Of a stretch of DNA of 64,000 nt, positions 13,071 to 25,700 are shown piece after piece. The stretch's first letter is position 1. Each line of letters begins with the position of its first letter. This DNA comes from Selaginella moellendorffii. Lineage: Eukaryota > Plantae > Lycopodiophyta. A program made the position numbers and the translations under genes. Where the stretch lies: NCBI RefSeq assembly GCF_000143415.4, contig NW_003314263.1:3420451-3484450 (forward strand), given 5' to 3'. The notes below the pieces were generated by a model. The model saw nothing but the letters and a program-made list of their open reading frames with translations. It was not told where the DNA came from and ran no database searches.

Positions 13071-14556
13071 AAACTTTTACATAAGAAAAACCAAAACAAA
13101 CCCAAATAATGTTGCATAGTGCAGTAAATTATTCTTTATATAGTCACAGCCGAGTTTGAGTTACGCAGCACATACCCTACACTAGACAAGCCTGCACAAG
13201 CTACATTTGCACATCATGGACATGGATCAGCTATACTGAAAATTGTAGAGAATTCCATCAAGAATAAGATTTCAGCCTTGGATTTCTAAAACCATGTTTG
13301 GTTACCATGTTAGCTAGGAGTTTGTCTTTGCCAAACCTTGTGGGTGAGGAGAGTGTCAATGTGCACAAATTAAAGTAGTTTGGGATAGTGCCTAAAGTTG
13401 ATTAGTGAAATACTAATACTTTTAAGATGTTCTTGTCAATATATATATAGACAGACACACAGACACATGTAAATGATAGAATAAGGGGCAGTATAGTAGT
13501 CTTTCACTGAAGTATAACAACATTTCTTAAAGTGCATACTTATGACATCTATACTCTTTCTTGCTCATTCTTTGTTACTACAGGTTTGATTAAGTTATTC
13601 CAACTTTCGATGGTTGTCCCTACAAATACTGCTTCATGTGAGTGAGGTTTTTGTTGCAGAACAACATTTAATTAACACTAGAGCCTCTTTAAAGCTGCTA
13701 CTAGTTGGATTTTTTATTTGTATTCAAACTCATCGTCATGAAACCACTAAAAAAAATTTTACTAGTCAAGTTTTTTCTTAATAGTTGGCCAATATTAAGC
13801 CTTGGTTTGGTATGCTCCTTCATGGATTCAGGTGTTGAGCTAAAAGATCCAAGGATTTTCATTTGAGTTTGAATTTGTTTTAATTGGTTCCAGGTTTGCA
13901 ATTTGAAGATCATTGAGAAGAGTGGCTACCAAGCATTGCCATGGGTGCATTACATCAGAACAGCAGGGTGAATACAAAGAATGATCCAACTTTTTAACTT
14001 GTCAAATAACTTTGGATATTCCCGCCAAATCTTAAGCTTAGGTTTTCTGCCAGGACTGTATCACACATGGCTTTTACCCTTTATCCTATGGTGATTTTAC
14101 CATAGGATAACACCATGAAGCAGAACCTAACCCTCTTTATGCCACGTGACACATGCCACATGTCATATGCCCTTTCAATTGTTGGCTGGAGCCTGAGAGC
14201 TTTGGATTAGTCAAAGCTCTTGTGACGTGTCTAAAGGACAGTGGTGCGGAACCCGAGGTTCAAGGCTGAATGAAGGAATAGTGCCAAACTCCCAAGCATG
14301 GAGCCAAGGAACATTAGCGCTATGTGAGACACAAAATCCCTAGGCCCCAAAGTGGAGCCGGAAGGGTGCCACATGGTAGTGGCCGAAGCGAGAGCCAAAC
14401 GAGCGTAACACGTTTGGACCAAAAGCTCCGACTTGAAAAGTCAAGAGCGGGAGTGGAACTCCCAACGAAGTGCTCGAGGAACGAGCACGAAGCGAGCAAA
14501 CGGCGAGGCTCCAAAAAGGGACCCAAAAGGACCAACACATGACACGTGGGAGTGTC

Positions 14557-15140
14557 CGAGATGGAGTCCGAAGTGGAGTCCGAGGTGGACCCAAGTTGGA
14601 GTCCGAATTGGAGTCCGAGATGGACCCGAGATGGACCCGAAATGGAGTCCAAGATGGAGTCCGAGATGGACCCGAGATGGACCCGAGATGGAGTCTGAGA
14701 TGGAGTCCGAGATGGAGTCCGAGATGGACCCGAGATGGAGTCCGAGATGGAGTCCGAGATGGACCCGAGATGGACCCGAAATGGAGTCCGAGATGGACCC
14801 GAAATGGAGTCCGAGATGGACCCGAAATGGAGTCCGAGATGGAGTCCGAGATGGACCCGAGATGGAGTCCGAGATGGAGTCCGAGATGGACCCGAGATGG
14901 ACCCGAGATGGACCCGAGATGGAGTCCGAGATGGAGTCCGAGATGGAGTCCGAGATGGAGTCCGAGATGGAGTCCGAGATGGAGTCCGAAGTCGAGACCG
15001 AGACCGGGACCGAGACCGAGACCGAGACCGAGATCGGGACCGAGACTGAGACCGAGGCCGAGGCCGAGACCGAGCCCGAGCCTGAGTCCGAGTCCGAATC
15101 CGAGTCCGAGTCCGAGTCCGAGTCCGAGTCCGAGTCCGGA
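14557..15140 (+). repeat. compound minisatellite in family A LTR: 12-mer GATGGAGTCCGA / 11-mer GATGGACCCGA, then (GAGACC)n and (GAGTCC)n
   Basis: Direct reading; equivalent arrays at ~2870-3165, 20480-20975, 23690-24200, 29545-30050 and 33715-34070. Confidence 0.95.
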
Positions 15141-16145
15141 GCCTGAGAGGGTGAAAGTCCAAAGCGTTCGTCTCCCAGACCCTGGGGGGTTTGGTGAGCT
15201 CCAAAAGTATAGTAAGGGGGAGGACTGCAGTGGAGCCAGTTTGGCCAGGAAAGGCCAGTTTGGCCCAGGAAGGCCAGACCCAGTGTTGGGTGATGAACTG
15301 ACCACTGGGAAGTCCAAGACTAAGGTGAATACGGACCGACAAGCGGGGTAGCTTGGTGAAGTGTTCAAGAGCCGGCTCTAGTTCCCCCGGGAGATCGACT
15401 GGCCGATGCTCCTAGTCCAAGTGTGGGTGGCACTACCTACTTGGATACCAGGCGTGGCTCAACGGAACCTCGCTCTAAGCCCATGGCTAGAGCACCCAAG
15501 GGCAGAAGTCAGGGAGAGTACCCAGGTGGCTCGCGTAAGGCCACGGTGTTCCGAAATGTTGTCCCAAAGGCCCAGACTGTGGAAAGGAAGAGGAGTAGTC
15601 CTCTGGGGTAGTGACCAAGGACACAGTCGTGTGGTGAGGAAGTTCTAGAGGACCGTGGGACTTAGTGGTCGGGCCTGTGGGCCTCGATCCAGTGGCAGTG
15701 TTGGCAAACACGGCCAGGGGCAGAAAAGGACTTAGGGGGGACTGACAGAGGGACATTGGGGAAGGCTGTTCCCCGTGTCGGTGGGCATCCTAAGGATGCT
15801 AAGGAGTGGATCTGAGATGACCACTCACGGATGGTTGGCCCAGTCTTGGAGAGCCAAGACTGTGATGCAAGTGGTATTGGACTACAGTGTGGCAAAGGTG
15901 ATTGGGCATGGCCTTAGTGTAACGGGCTGCCATATCGGTGGTACCTTTGAGTGTCGGTCATGGGATCGGACACGTAGAGCACTTGGACCAGGTGCCAGTG
16001 TTGAGTGGCATGGATGCCATTCCTGGGGCTAGCAAGCCCCAAGTCCTGAATTGGACTTATGGAGGTTGTGAATGAGACTCCTCCAAGTGGTCGAAGGTGT
16101 GGTTAAGTGACTAAAGTAAAATGGAAAATTTAGTCGCTTACAACT

Positions 16146-16157
16146 TGGTATCGGAGC
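16146..16157 (+). promoter_or_regulatory. primer-binding site (tRNA-iMet)
   Basis: TGGTATCGGAGC 3 nt after the LTR end; one mismatch to canonical TGGTATCAGAGC. Confidence 0.85.
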
Positions 16158-19100
16158 TGTTCCTTAGTCCGACTTTTATTGGTGCTCAAGTATATCACCA
16201 CTAGTGTTGGCATCGGAAGGTCCGAGGAGTGGGCCTATCCTTGAGGAGTAGCAAGTCGGGAAGACATGGCTCTCCATTACAATTCATGTGTGAACTTGTA
16301 GACGAGGTGGTGGATAGAAAAGGGCCAATAATGGAACGACTTTGGGATCTTGGGAACAGTAAATGGTTTTCCTCAAAGAGTTGAGGATGTGATCCAGATG
16401 AGCGTTTGACTTAGCAAACTGGCTAATGTAGTTGTGGTAAACAACTACAGTTGGGATCACGGGAAAGATAAAGACTCCAAAGCAATAAAGGAGTCACAAG
16501 ATTTTCCTCATATAGTTGAGGTTGGTGCTCATGAATGTGAGACTAGAAGTAATGACCGTGGGAGGTCAAATACGGAAGAGGACTCAAGTCCTTGAAAAGG
16601 TAGCCGGGGCTACCTCTAATAAATGCTGGAACAACCCCAGGAGTTGGGGGTGTATTAAGTGGATGAGTTGGTGTTCTCATCACATGGACAAGTAGTCCTA
16701 AGGGGCAAAAGTTGCCCCTAGAGAACAAAATCAAGTGTCGGAGTAACACTTGTGAAAATAGTCCTTTTGAGTAGGACAGGAATGCAAGAAGTGTATTCTA
16801 GTGAGCTAGTGCCTCACAAGTAGGACCTTACGGGTCTGTGGATTAATCAAGTCCAAAACTGCTAGATGACTCAAGTAGAGTCAACGGATGGTCCTAAAAG
16901 GACTGATGAAAGCATTTGGACTGAGGTGTGTTGTACACCACAAAGGATGGGGGGGGGGATCATAGGATCCAAGGATGAGAACAGAGGGTATCTCATCGAT
17001 GGCAAAATATGCCATGCTAAAGTTATGGGAAAGGTGTTCCCAGAAGAAAACAACTTTGACATGAAGTTGTGTGTGACCTCTATGGTGCAGTGCTAACGGA
17101 TGGTTGGCATGAGAAAGAGCGGTGTTGGTCTTGGCAAAAGACTTAGACACGAAGGGGAAATGTCATAGAGGTAGGCTCGTGGAGCCGATGGTGTGGAGAC
17201 ACCAAATGTGCCAAGGTGTGATACCTTGAGGCTATGTTGGTGGGTTCATGAGAACCCCTTGCCAAAGGAATCCCAATGGAAATGGGAATAGCATAGCCTA
17301 AGCTGCAGAGCATGCAGTTGGAGTGTGGTGACCCAGATAATGATGGAGGTGTGAAAGCACCAAACAATGAGTTGTAGGACTTGACAACTATGAGGCAACT
17401 AAGCAAGAGGTGCAATATAACTGGTTAAACGGGTAGAAGGTAGCTACCCAAGACTTCTTAATAGCATAGGGAAGTTGGATATACCCTTACGGGGGATAAG
17501 TTGCTTGTGTTGCGATATAGTAAGTCAATGTTATAAAAGGAAATACTCATTGTCAAGAAAGCCATCATTGGGACACTCGGACACTCTAGAACACCAGAAG
17601 GTGGTGTTTGATGTCGCGAGGGCAATGGATAAAGCCCAAGGGATTAAGTCCCTAGCGAATGATGGATAGAAGGTGCTATCCAAATGTCCAAGGTTGCGGA
17701 GACAGGAGAGGACTGTCTACCCGAGTTGGACAAAGCCAAGAATGGAATTTTGGCAAGGTTAGTGATGGGCATGTAAAGGCCCATAAGCAACAATGTAATC
17801 CCAGTGTGTGGGATTATAAGGTGAGCATACCTGGATTGAGGAACCACTCCCTGGGCTATTGGGTAGGTTCATCCTTAAGAATACTTGCTAAGGCATGATA
17901 GAAAGTGCAAAGCTATCCTCCTGGTCTGGAGGAGAATAACCAAAGGAAACATATGGGGCCAAAAGGCAAGTAGTATTGGATGGAACTGAACCATAGAAAT
18001 CAAAGGGCATAACCAAGGTTGGTTATGTCAGCTGGGAGTGGAGAATCAAGTGGGGGCTCGAGGGTGTTGCCGCTAGCAACCGTGATGCCATGGAGAGTCT
18101 AAAATATGGAATTGTCCATGTTAGAATATGTGGCATTTGGAAGGCTTGCAAAAAGGGAGGCCTTAACAAGCTGAGGGACAGAGTTCCTTCAAGGTTCCCA
18201 AAGACGATTCTAGGTAGCTTAGTACCTAGAAAGGCCAAGTGTAAATGGTTCATGGAATGCGCGAAATCAGAGTGGCGCAGCAGAAGCATCGTCTTGAAGC
18301 TTGCCATGAGGCAAGGCTATCAAGGTTAGGGAAGTAGTTCCCGAGTATTCAAAGAGAGGGCTTTGAACGAAAGTCGATGGTCAAGGACTTTCACACTTAT
18401 GCAGGAACCATGTTATAGTGGTCGGAGGACTTGCCAAGCGAGATTGGCATGTCGGGGGAACAAATACCCTAGTTGAAGGTGATAACTTCAAAAAGGGTGG
18501 GCCATGGGGCTGAGCATGGAGGAGTCCAGATCACAGCTTAGGAACCTAGTTCCTCCACACTGCCAAGTCCTCTCACTTGACATGTCTGTGATCATGCATG
18601 TAGCGCGCTTTAAAAATAAGTTGGTGCACCGGCGTGGGGAGTCATGCCAGGCATCTTGTGTGATGCCGTCCGTAGATGCATATACGGAGGTTGGGTTCGA
18701 GTCCCGACCCTCTAGTGCTTGGGTTCGAGTCCCAAATCACTAGGGCGTGGTGATGGTTTGGAATATGAGGACACTCATATTTCGGTGGTCATGGACTCTC
18801 AGTAGGGAGACTGGTTTGGGCACACCGCCAAGCGAGGGATGCCTCGGAGTCGTGATGCACGGTTAGATTGTTTAGTGTGAAAGCTCAGCATATCTAACTT
18901 GGACGCTTTGGTGCAAGTGGCACCAAGGTCGTGGTGAGTGAGATGGGGACACCTAATCTCAGTTGCTATGAACCCTTGGCCGTAAGGGCTGGCTTGGGTG
19001 CACCGCCAAGTGTGGGGGATGCCCCCGGGGTTATAGTCAACAACTTGGAGGTCTAGAAGACCAAGTACCTCTTGGCAACTCTGTTAAGGTGCCAAGGTCA

Positions 19101-22100
19101 GATCACTAGGTGATCTTATGGCCAGATAAGGACAAGGTCCTTGGTTGGCTAAGGAATGAAGTTCCTGGTTCAAAATGTTGAAATTGAACTGTTTAAGGTG
19201 GTGTGGCTTGGTCGTGATGACTAAGTGGGAAGAGCACCTAAGGGAAATAAACTATGTCCGTGAGATGGCATAGTGAGTCCGAGGAAAGTAGTCTCTATAA
19301 AAGACCCATGGGAGGGTCACGAAGTTGGGCCGTGGATAGGGCCTATAGCAGAAGATGCTAAAGAGACGTACTAGGGGTGAACATCCTCCGGACTTGGCAA
19401 AGAAGAGTCTTTGCTATGGAACCGAAACAATACCTCAAGGAGGGAGGTAGAGATTCGATGTTGCTTGGTGCAACAAACAACGGATAGGAGCAAAAGATGA
19501 GTGGCCAAGATAGGGCCGTGGAATCCCTTGGGGGGAATCCAAGTGACAAAGTTAGGCGAGGAACACTAATGTGTTGGACGCTAACAAGTTGCGGGAAAGA
19601 AAGTGTGTTTCCAAGGAGGGATTCCGAAATGCTCCGGTTTGGCGAAAGTGGAAGCTCCAAGGGAGGGAGCGGTAAGGTAGCCAAATGATAGGGCCATGAA
19701 CAGCCCTAGCACAAAGTATGATAACTAGAACTTTGGCACGAAATAGAAGAGAGGATGATGGTGCCCTCGAGTAAAGAACTTCCTAGGATGGGAAGTGGAG
19801 TTGCACAAAAGGTGCAAGGCAAGGTGTCGGAGACACCTAGGAAATTGACTCCAAGAAGTCAAAATTCAAAGTTCCAAAGTGCAAAGGTTATATCGATGGA
19901 AATTGAGACTACTCGAGAAGGAGTAGTGGGATTGACTTAGAGAAGGGTCTCTAAGAGGTTTAGCAAGAACTAAACCAATAAAAGGAGAAAACCACTATAT
20001 GTGGTCCAATCAGTCTCTAAGTTGGAGAGACTACCCTCCTTAGAGGATATGCAAAAGGCATGGTGAGCCTTCAATGTCCAACCATTGACGAATATGGAGA
20101 AGGCATGGTGAGCCTTCAATGTCACACCATTGACAAATATTGGCTACGCGCCAAGGATGGAAATAGTAACACATGCGGGTGTTACTTTATAAAATGGTTC
20201 ACCGTTCGATGAGGACATCGAACTTCGTATATGGGTGGTGGAGTTGTGAGACACAAAATCCCTAGGCCCCAAAGTGGAGCTGGAAGGGTGCCACATGGTA
20301 GTGGCCGAAGCGAGAGCCAAACGAGCGTAACACGTTTGGACCAAAAGCTCCGACTTGAAAAGTCAAGAGCGGGAGTGGAACTCCCAACGAAGTGCTCGAG
20401 GAACGAGCACGAAGCGAGCAAATGGTGAGGCTCCAAAAAGGGACCCAAAAGGACCAACACATGACACGTGGGAGTGTCCGAGATGGAGTCCGAAGTGGAG
20501 TCCGAGGTGGACCCGAGTTGGAGTCCGAATTGGAGTCCGAGATGGACCCGAGATGGACCCGAGATGGACCCGAAATGGAGTCCAAGATGGAGTCCGAGAT
20601 GGACCCGAGATAGACCCGAGATGGAGTCCGAGATGGAGTCCGAGATGGAGTCCGAGATGGAGTCCGAGATGGACCCGAGATGGACCCGAAATGGAGTCTG
20701 AGATGGACCCGAAATGGAGTCCGAGATGGAGTCCGAGATGGACCCGAGATGGACCCGAGATGGACCCGAGATGGAGTCCGAGATGGAGTCCGAGATGGAG
20801 TCCGAAGTCGAGACCGAGACCGGGACCGAGACCAAGACCGAGACCGAGATCGGGACCGAGACCGAGATCGGGACCGAGACTGAGACCGAGGCCGAGGCCG
20901 AGACCGAGCCTGAGCCCGAGTCTGAGTCCGAATCCGAATCCGAGTCCGAGTCCGAGTCCGAGTCCGAGTCCGGAGCCTGAGAGGGTGAAAGCCCAAAGCG
21001 TTCGTCTCCCAGACCCTGGGGGGTTTGGTGAGCTCCAAAAGTATAGTAAGGGGGAGGACTGCAGTGGAGCCAGTTTGGCCAGGAAAGGCCAGTTTGGCCC
21101 AGGAAGGCCAGACCCAGTGTTGGGTGATGAACTGACCACTGGGAAGTCCAAGACTAGGGTGAATACGGACCGACAAGCGGGGTAGCTTGGTGAAGTGTTC
21201 AAGAGCCGGCTCTAGTTCCCCCGGGAGATCGACTGGCCGATGCTCCTAGTCCAAGTGTGGGTGGCACTACCTACTTGGATACCAGGCGTGGCTCAACGGA
21301 ACCTCGCTCTAAGCCCATGGCTAGAGCACCCAAGGGCAGAAGTCGGGGAGAGTACCCAGGTGGCTCGCGTAAGGCCACGGTGTTCCGAAATGTTGTCCCA
21401 AAGGCCCAGACTGTGGAAAGGAAGAGGAGTAGTCCTCTGGGGTAGTGACCAAGGACACAGTCGTGTGGTGAGGAAGTTCTAGAGGACCGTGGGACTTAGT
21501 GGTCGGGCCTGTGGGCCTCGATCCAGTGGCAGTGTTGGCAAACACGGCCAGGGGCAGAAAGGGACTTAGGGGGGACTGACAGAGGGACATTGGGGAAGGC
21601 TGTTCCCCGTGTCGGTGGGCATCCTAAGGATGCTAAGGAGTGGATCTGAGATGACCACTCACGGATGGTTGGCCCAGTCTTGGAGAGCCAAGACTGTGAT
21701 GCAAGTGGTATTGGACTACAGTGTGGCAAAGGTGATTGGGCATGGCCTTAGCGTAACGGGTTGCCATATCGGTGGTACCTTTGAGTGTCGGTCATGGGAT
21801 CGGACACGTAGAGCACTTGGACCAGGTGCCAGTGTTGAGTGGCATGGATGCCATTCCTGGGGCTAGCAAGCCCCAAGTCCTGAATTGGACTTATGGAGGT
21901 TGTGAATGAGACTCCTCCAAGTGGTCGAAGGTGTGGTTAAGTGACTAAAGTAAAATGGAAAATTTAGTCGCTTACACACTAGAGCACGAAACAACTCCTG
22001 AGCATATAGCCCAAGGAGCAAAGGAACAAGAGCCCAGAGCGACTTGGAATAGTCCTAGAGTAACCAACATTCTAATGCTAGGACCAGTACACAAAATGGA

Positions 22101-22708
22101 GTAGAATGGAATCTAGCACTATTTTAGCATATCGGTGGCCTAATGCAAGGACATGGGTAATCCACTAGTTAGTATGGTGTGGAACTTGGGCTTAGACCCA
22201 AGTCAGATGCAGAACAAGGTGTAGCATATGTGGTTTTGACCCTTTATCCTATGGTGATTTACCATAGGATAACACCACAAAGCAGAACCTAAACCCTCTT
22301 TATGCCACGTGACACATGCCACGTGTCCAAAGGACAGTGGTGCAGAACTCGAGATTTAAGGCTTGGGCCACTGAACGAAGGAACGGTGCCAAACTCCCAA
22401 ACATGGAGCCAAAGAGTGATGGAACCGGTCCACAGAGCAACTCCCGAGCATACAGCCCAAGGAGCGAAGGGACAGGAGCCCGGAGCGACTTGGAACAATC
22501 CTAGAGCAACCAGCATCCCAATGCCAGGACCAGCATGCAAAACGAAGCCAAATGGAGTCTGGCACTATTTCGGCATACCGGTGGCCTAACGTGAGGATAT
22601 GGGTACTCCACCAGCTAGCATGGAATAGAACTTGGGCTTAGACCTAAGCCGAACGCAAAACAAAGACAAGCACGCAAGTTGGAGCTAAACTATGCCTCAG
22701 GTTGGTCG

Positions 22709-25700
22709 TGTAAGCGACTAATTTTTCCATTCTACTTTAGTCACTTAACCACATCTCCGACCATTTGGAGGAGTCTCATTCACAACCTCCATAAGTCCAA
22801 TTTAGGACTTGGGACTTGCTAGCCCCAAGAATGGCATTCATGCCACTCAACCCTTGCACCTGGTCCAAGTGCTCCATGTGTCTGATCCTATGACCGACAC
22901 TCAAAGGTACCACCGACATAGCAGCCTATTACGCTAAGGCCATGCCCAATCACTTTTGCTACATTGGTAGTCCAATACCACTTGCAACACAGTCTTGTCT
23001 CTCCAAGATTGGGCCAACCATCCATGAGTGGTCATCCCAGATCCACTCCTTAGCATCCTTAGGATGCCCACCGACAAAGGGAATAACCTTCCCCAATATC
23101 CCTCTGCCAGCCCCCACTAAATCCCTTTTTGCCTTTGGCCGTGTTTGCCAACAATTCCACTGGATCGAGGCCCACAGGCCCGACCACTAAGTCCCACGGT
23201 CCTCTGGGACTTCCTCACCACACGACCGTGTCCTTGGTCACACCCCAGAGGACTGCTCCTCTTCCTTTCCACAGTCTGGGCCTTTGGGACGATATTTTGG
23301 AACACTGTGGCCTTACGCGAGCCACCTAGGTACTTTCCTCGCCTTCCGCCCTTGGGTGCTCTAGCCATGGGCTTAGAGCGAAGTTCCGTTGAGCCATGCC
23401 TGGTATCCAAGTAGGTAGTGCCACCCACACTTGGACTGGGAGCATCGGCCAGTCGATCTCCCGGGGGAACTAGAGCCGGCTCTTGAACACTTCACCAAGC
23501 TACCCCACTTGTTGGTCCGTATTCACTCTAGTCTTGGACTTCCCAGTGGTCAGTTCATCACCCAACACTGGGTCTGGCCTTTCCTGGCCAAACTGGCTCC
23601 ACTGCAGTCCTCCCCCTTACTATACTTTTGGAGCTCACCAAACCCCCTAGGGTCTGGGAGACAAACGCTTTGGGCTTTCACCCTCTCAGACTCGAACTCG
23701 GACTCGGACTCGGACTCAGACTTGGACTTGGACTCGGGCTTGGTTTCGGCCTCCGCCTCGGTCTCGGTCTCGGTCCCGGTCTCGGTCTCGGTCTCGGTGT
23801 TGGTCCCGGTCTCGGTCTTGACCTCGGACTTCATCTCGGGTCCTTCTCGGACTCCATCTCGGATTTCATCTCAGGTCTATCTCGGACTCCATCTGGGACT
23901 CCGTCTCGGTCCATCTCGGACTCCATCTCAGGTCCATCTCAGACTCCATCTCGGGTCCATCTCGGACTCCATCTCGGACTCCGTCTCGGTCCATCTCGGA
24001 CTCCATCTCGGACTCCGTCTCGGTCCATCTCGGACTCCATCTCTGACTCCACTTCAGACTCCATCTCGGACTCCACCTCGGACTCCATCTTGGACTCTAT
24101 CTCGGTCCATCTCGGACTCCATCTCGGACTCCACTTCGGACTCCATCTCGGACTCCACTTTGGACTCCATCTCGGACTCCATCTTGGACTCCACCTCGGA
24201 CACTTCCACGTGTCATGTGTTGGTCCTTTTTGGGTCCCTTTTTTGGAGCCTCGCTTATTGCTCGCTTCGTGCATGTTCCTCAAGCACTTTGTTGGGAGTT
24301 CCACTCCCGCTCTCGGCCTTCCAAGTCAGAGCTTTTAGTCCAAACGTGTTACACTCATTTGGCTTTCACTTCGGCCACTACCACGTGGCACCCTTTCCAG
24401 CTCCACTTTGGGGCCTAGGGATTTTGTGTCTCACAACTCCACCACCCATAGACGAAGTTCGATGTCCTCATCGAACGGTAAACCATTTTATAAAGTAACA
24501 CCCACATGTGTTACCATTTCCATCCTTGGCACCTAGCCAATATTTGTCAATGGTTTGGCATGGAAGGCTCACCATGCCTTCTCCATATTCGTCAATGGTT
24601 TGACACCAAAGGCTCACCATGCCTTGCCCATCCTCTAAGGAGGATTGTCTCTTCAACTTAGAGACTCACTTGACCACCTAGGGTGGTTTGCTCCTTTTTA
24701 TTGGTTCAGTTCTCGCTAAACCCGTTAGAGACACCCTCTCTAACTCAATTCCACTACTCATTCTTGAGTAGTCACAGATTCCATTGATCTACCTTTGCAT
24801 TTTGGAACGTTTACTCTTGACTTTTTGGAGTCAATTTCTTAGGTGTCTCTAACATCTTGCCTTACACATTTTGTGCAACTCCACTTCCCCTCCTAGGAAG
24901 TTCTCTACTCGAGGGCACCCTCATCCTCTTTTCTATTTTTGTGCCACCATTGGCATTACGTTCCATTTATCATTATTTGTGCTAGGGCTGTCCACGGCCC
25001 TATCTCATGGCTCCTTAGTTGCTCCCTCACTTGGAGCCTTTCCTTTGCCAAATTGGAGCACTTGGGAATCCGTCCTTGGAAGTCCACTTCTTTTTCCGCA
25101 ATCCGTTAGCACCAAACACATTAGTGTTCTTTGGCTAACTTTTCCACTTGGATTCTTTCCAATGGATTCCACGGCCCTATCTTGGGCACTCGTCTTTTGC
25201 TCCTATCCTTGGATTGTTGCACCAAACAACATAGGATCGCTACCTCCATTTTTGAGGTTTCCTTTCAATTCCATAGCAAACACTTTGCTTTGCCAAGTCC
25301 AGAGGGTGTTCACCCCTAGTACGTCTCTTTAACATTTTCTGTCGTGGGCTCTATCCACGGCCCAACTTTTTGAGACCTTCCCTTGGATCTTTTATAGAAA
25401 CTACTTTCCTTGGACTTACTATGCTATAGCATTGATATAGCTCATTTCCCTTAGGTGTTCTTCCCACTTGGTCACCTCAACCAAGCCACACCTTTATCAA
25501 TAGTTCAAATCAACACTTTGAACTATGAATCATATTCCTTAACCCAAACAAAGACTTTGTCCTTGTTTAGCCACAAGATCACCTAGTGATCTTATCTTGA
25601 CCCCTTAATAGGTCTATCAATAGGGATTAGGTCTTCCAGACCCTTCTAAGTTGTTGACTATGACCCCGGGGGCATCCCCCACACTTGGCGGTGCGCCCAA

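Larger units (their letters stand above)
14323..21976 (+). mobile_element. full-length non-autonomous LTR retroelement, family A copy 1 (LTRs 14323-16142 and 20245-21976)
   Basis: TG..CA LTRs nearly identical outside the tandem array; PBS tggtatcggagc 16146-16157 (tRNA-iMet); PPT gggtggtggagt 20233-20244; TSD CGCTA/CACTA; 4.1-kb internal region without a gag-pol ORF. Confidence 0.92.

Noticed and set aside
14557-15140. Possible CRISPR array
   Set aside because: Contiguous 11/12-mers with no unique spacers, inside eukaryotic LTRs, and no cas genes.
14320-15368. Long RS-rich / ESEM / LGLH ORFs (also 2881-3249, 20182-21202, 23431-24498, 29341-30391, 33478-34276)
   Set aside because: Open in most frames on both strands because the LTR minisatellite lacks stop codons; lengths vary with repeat number. 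Not SR proteins.
16143-20244. gag-pol in family A (and in family B, 30742-37405)
   Set aside because: No recognisable zinc knuckle, protease, YxDD or integrase motifs, and no long ORFs.
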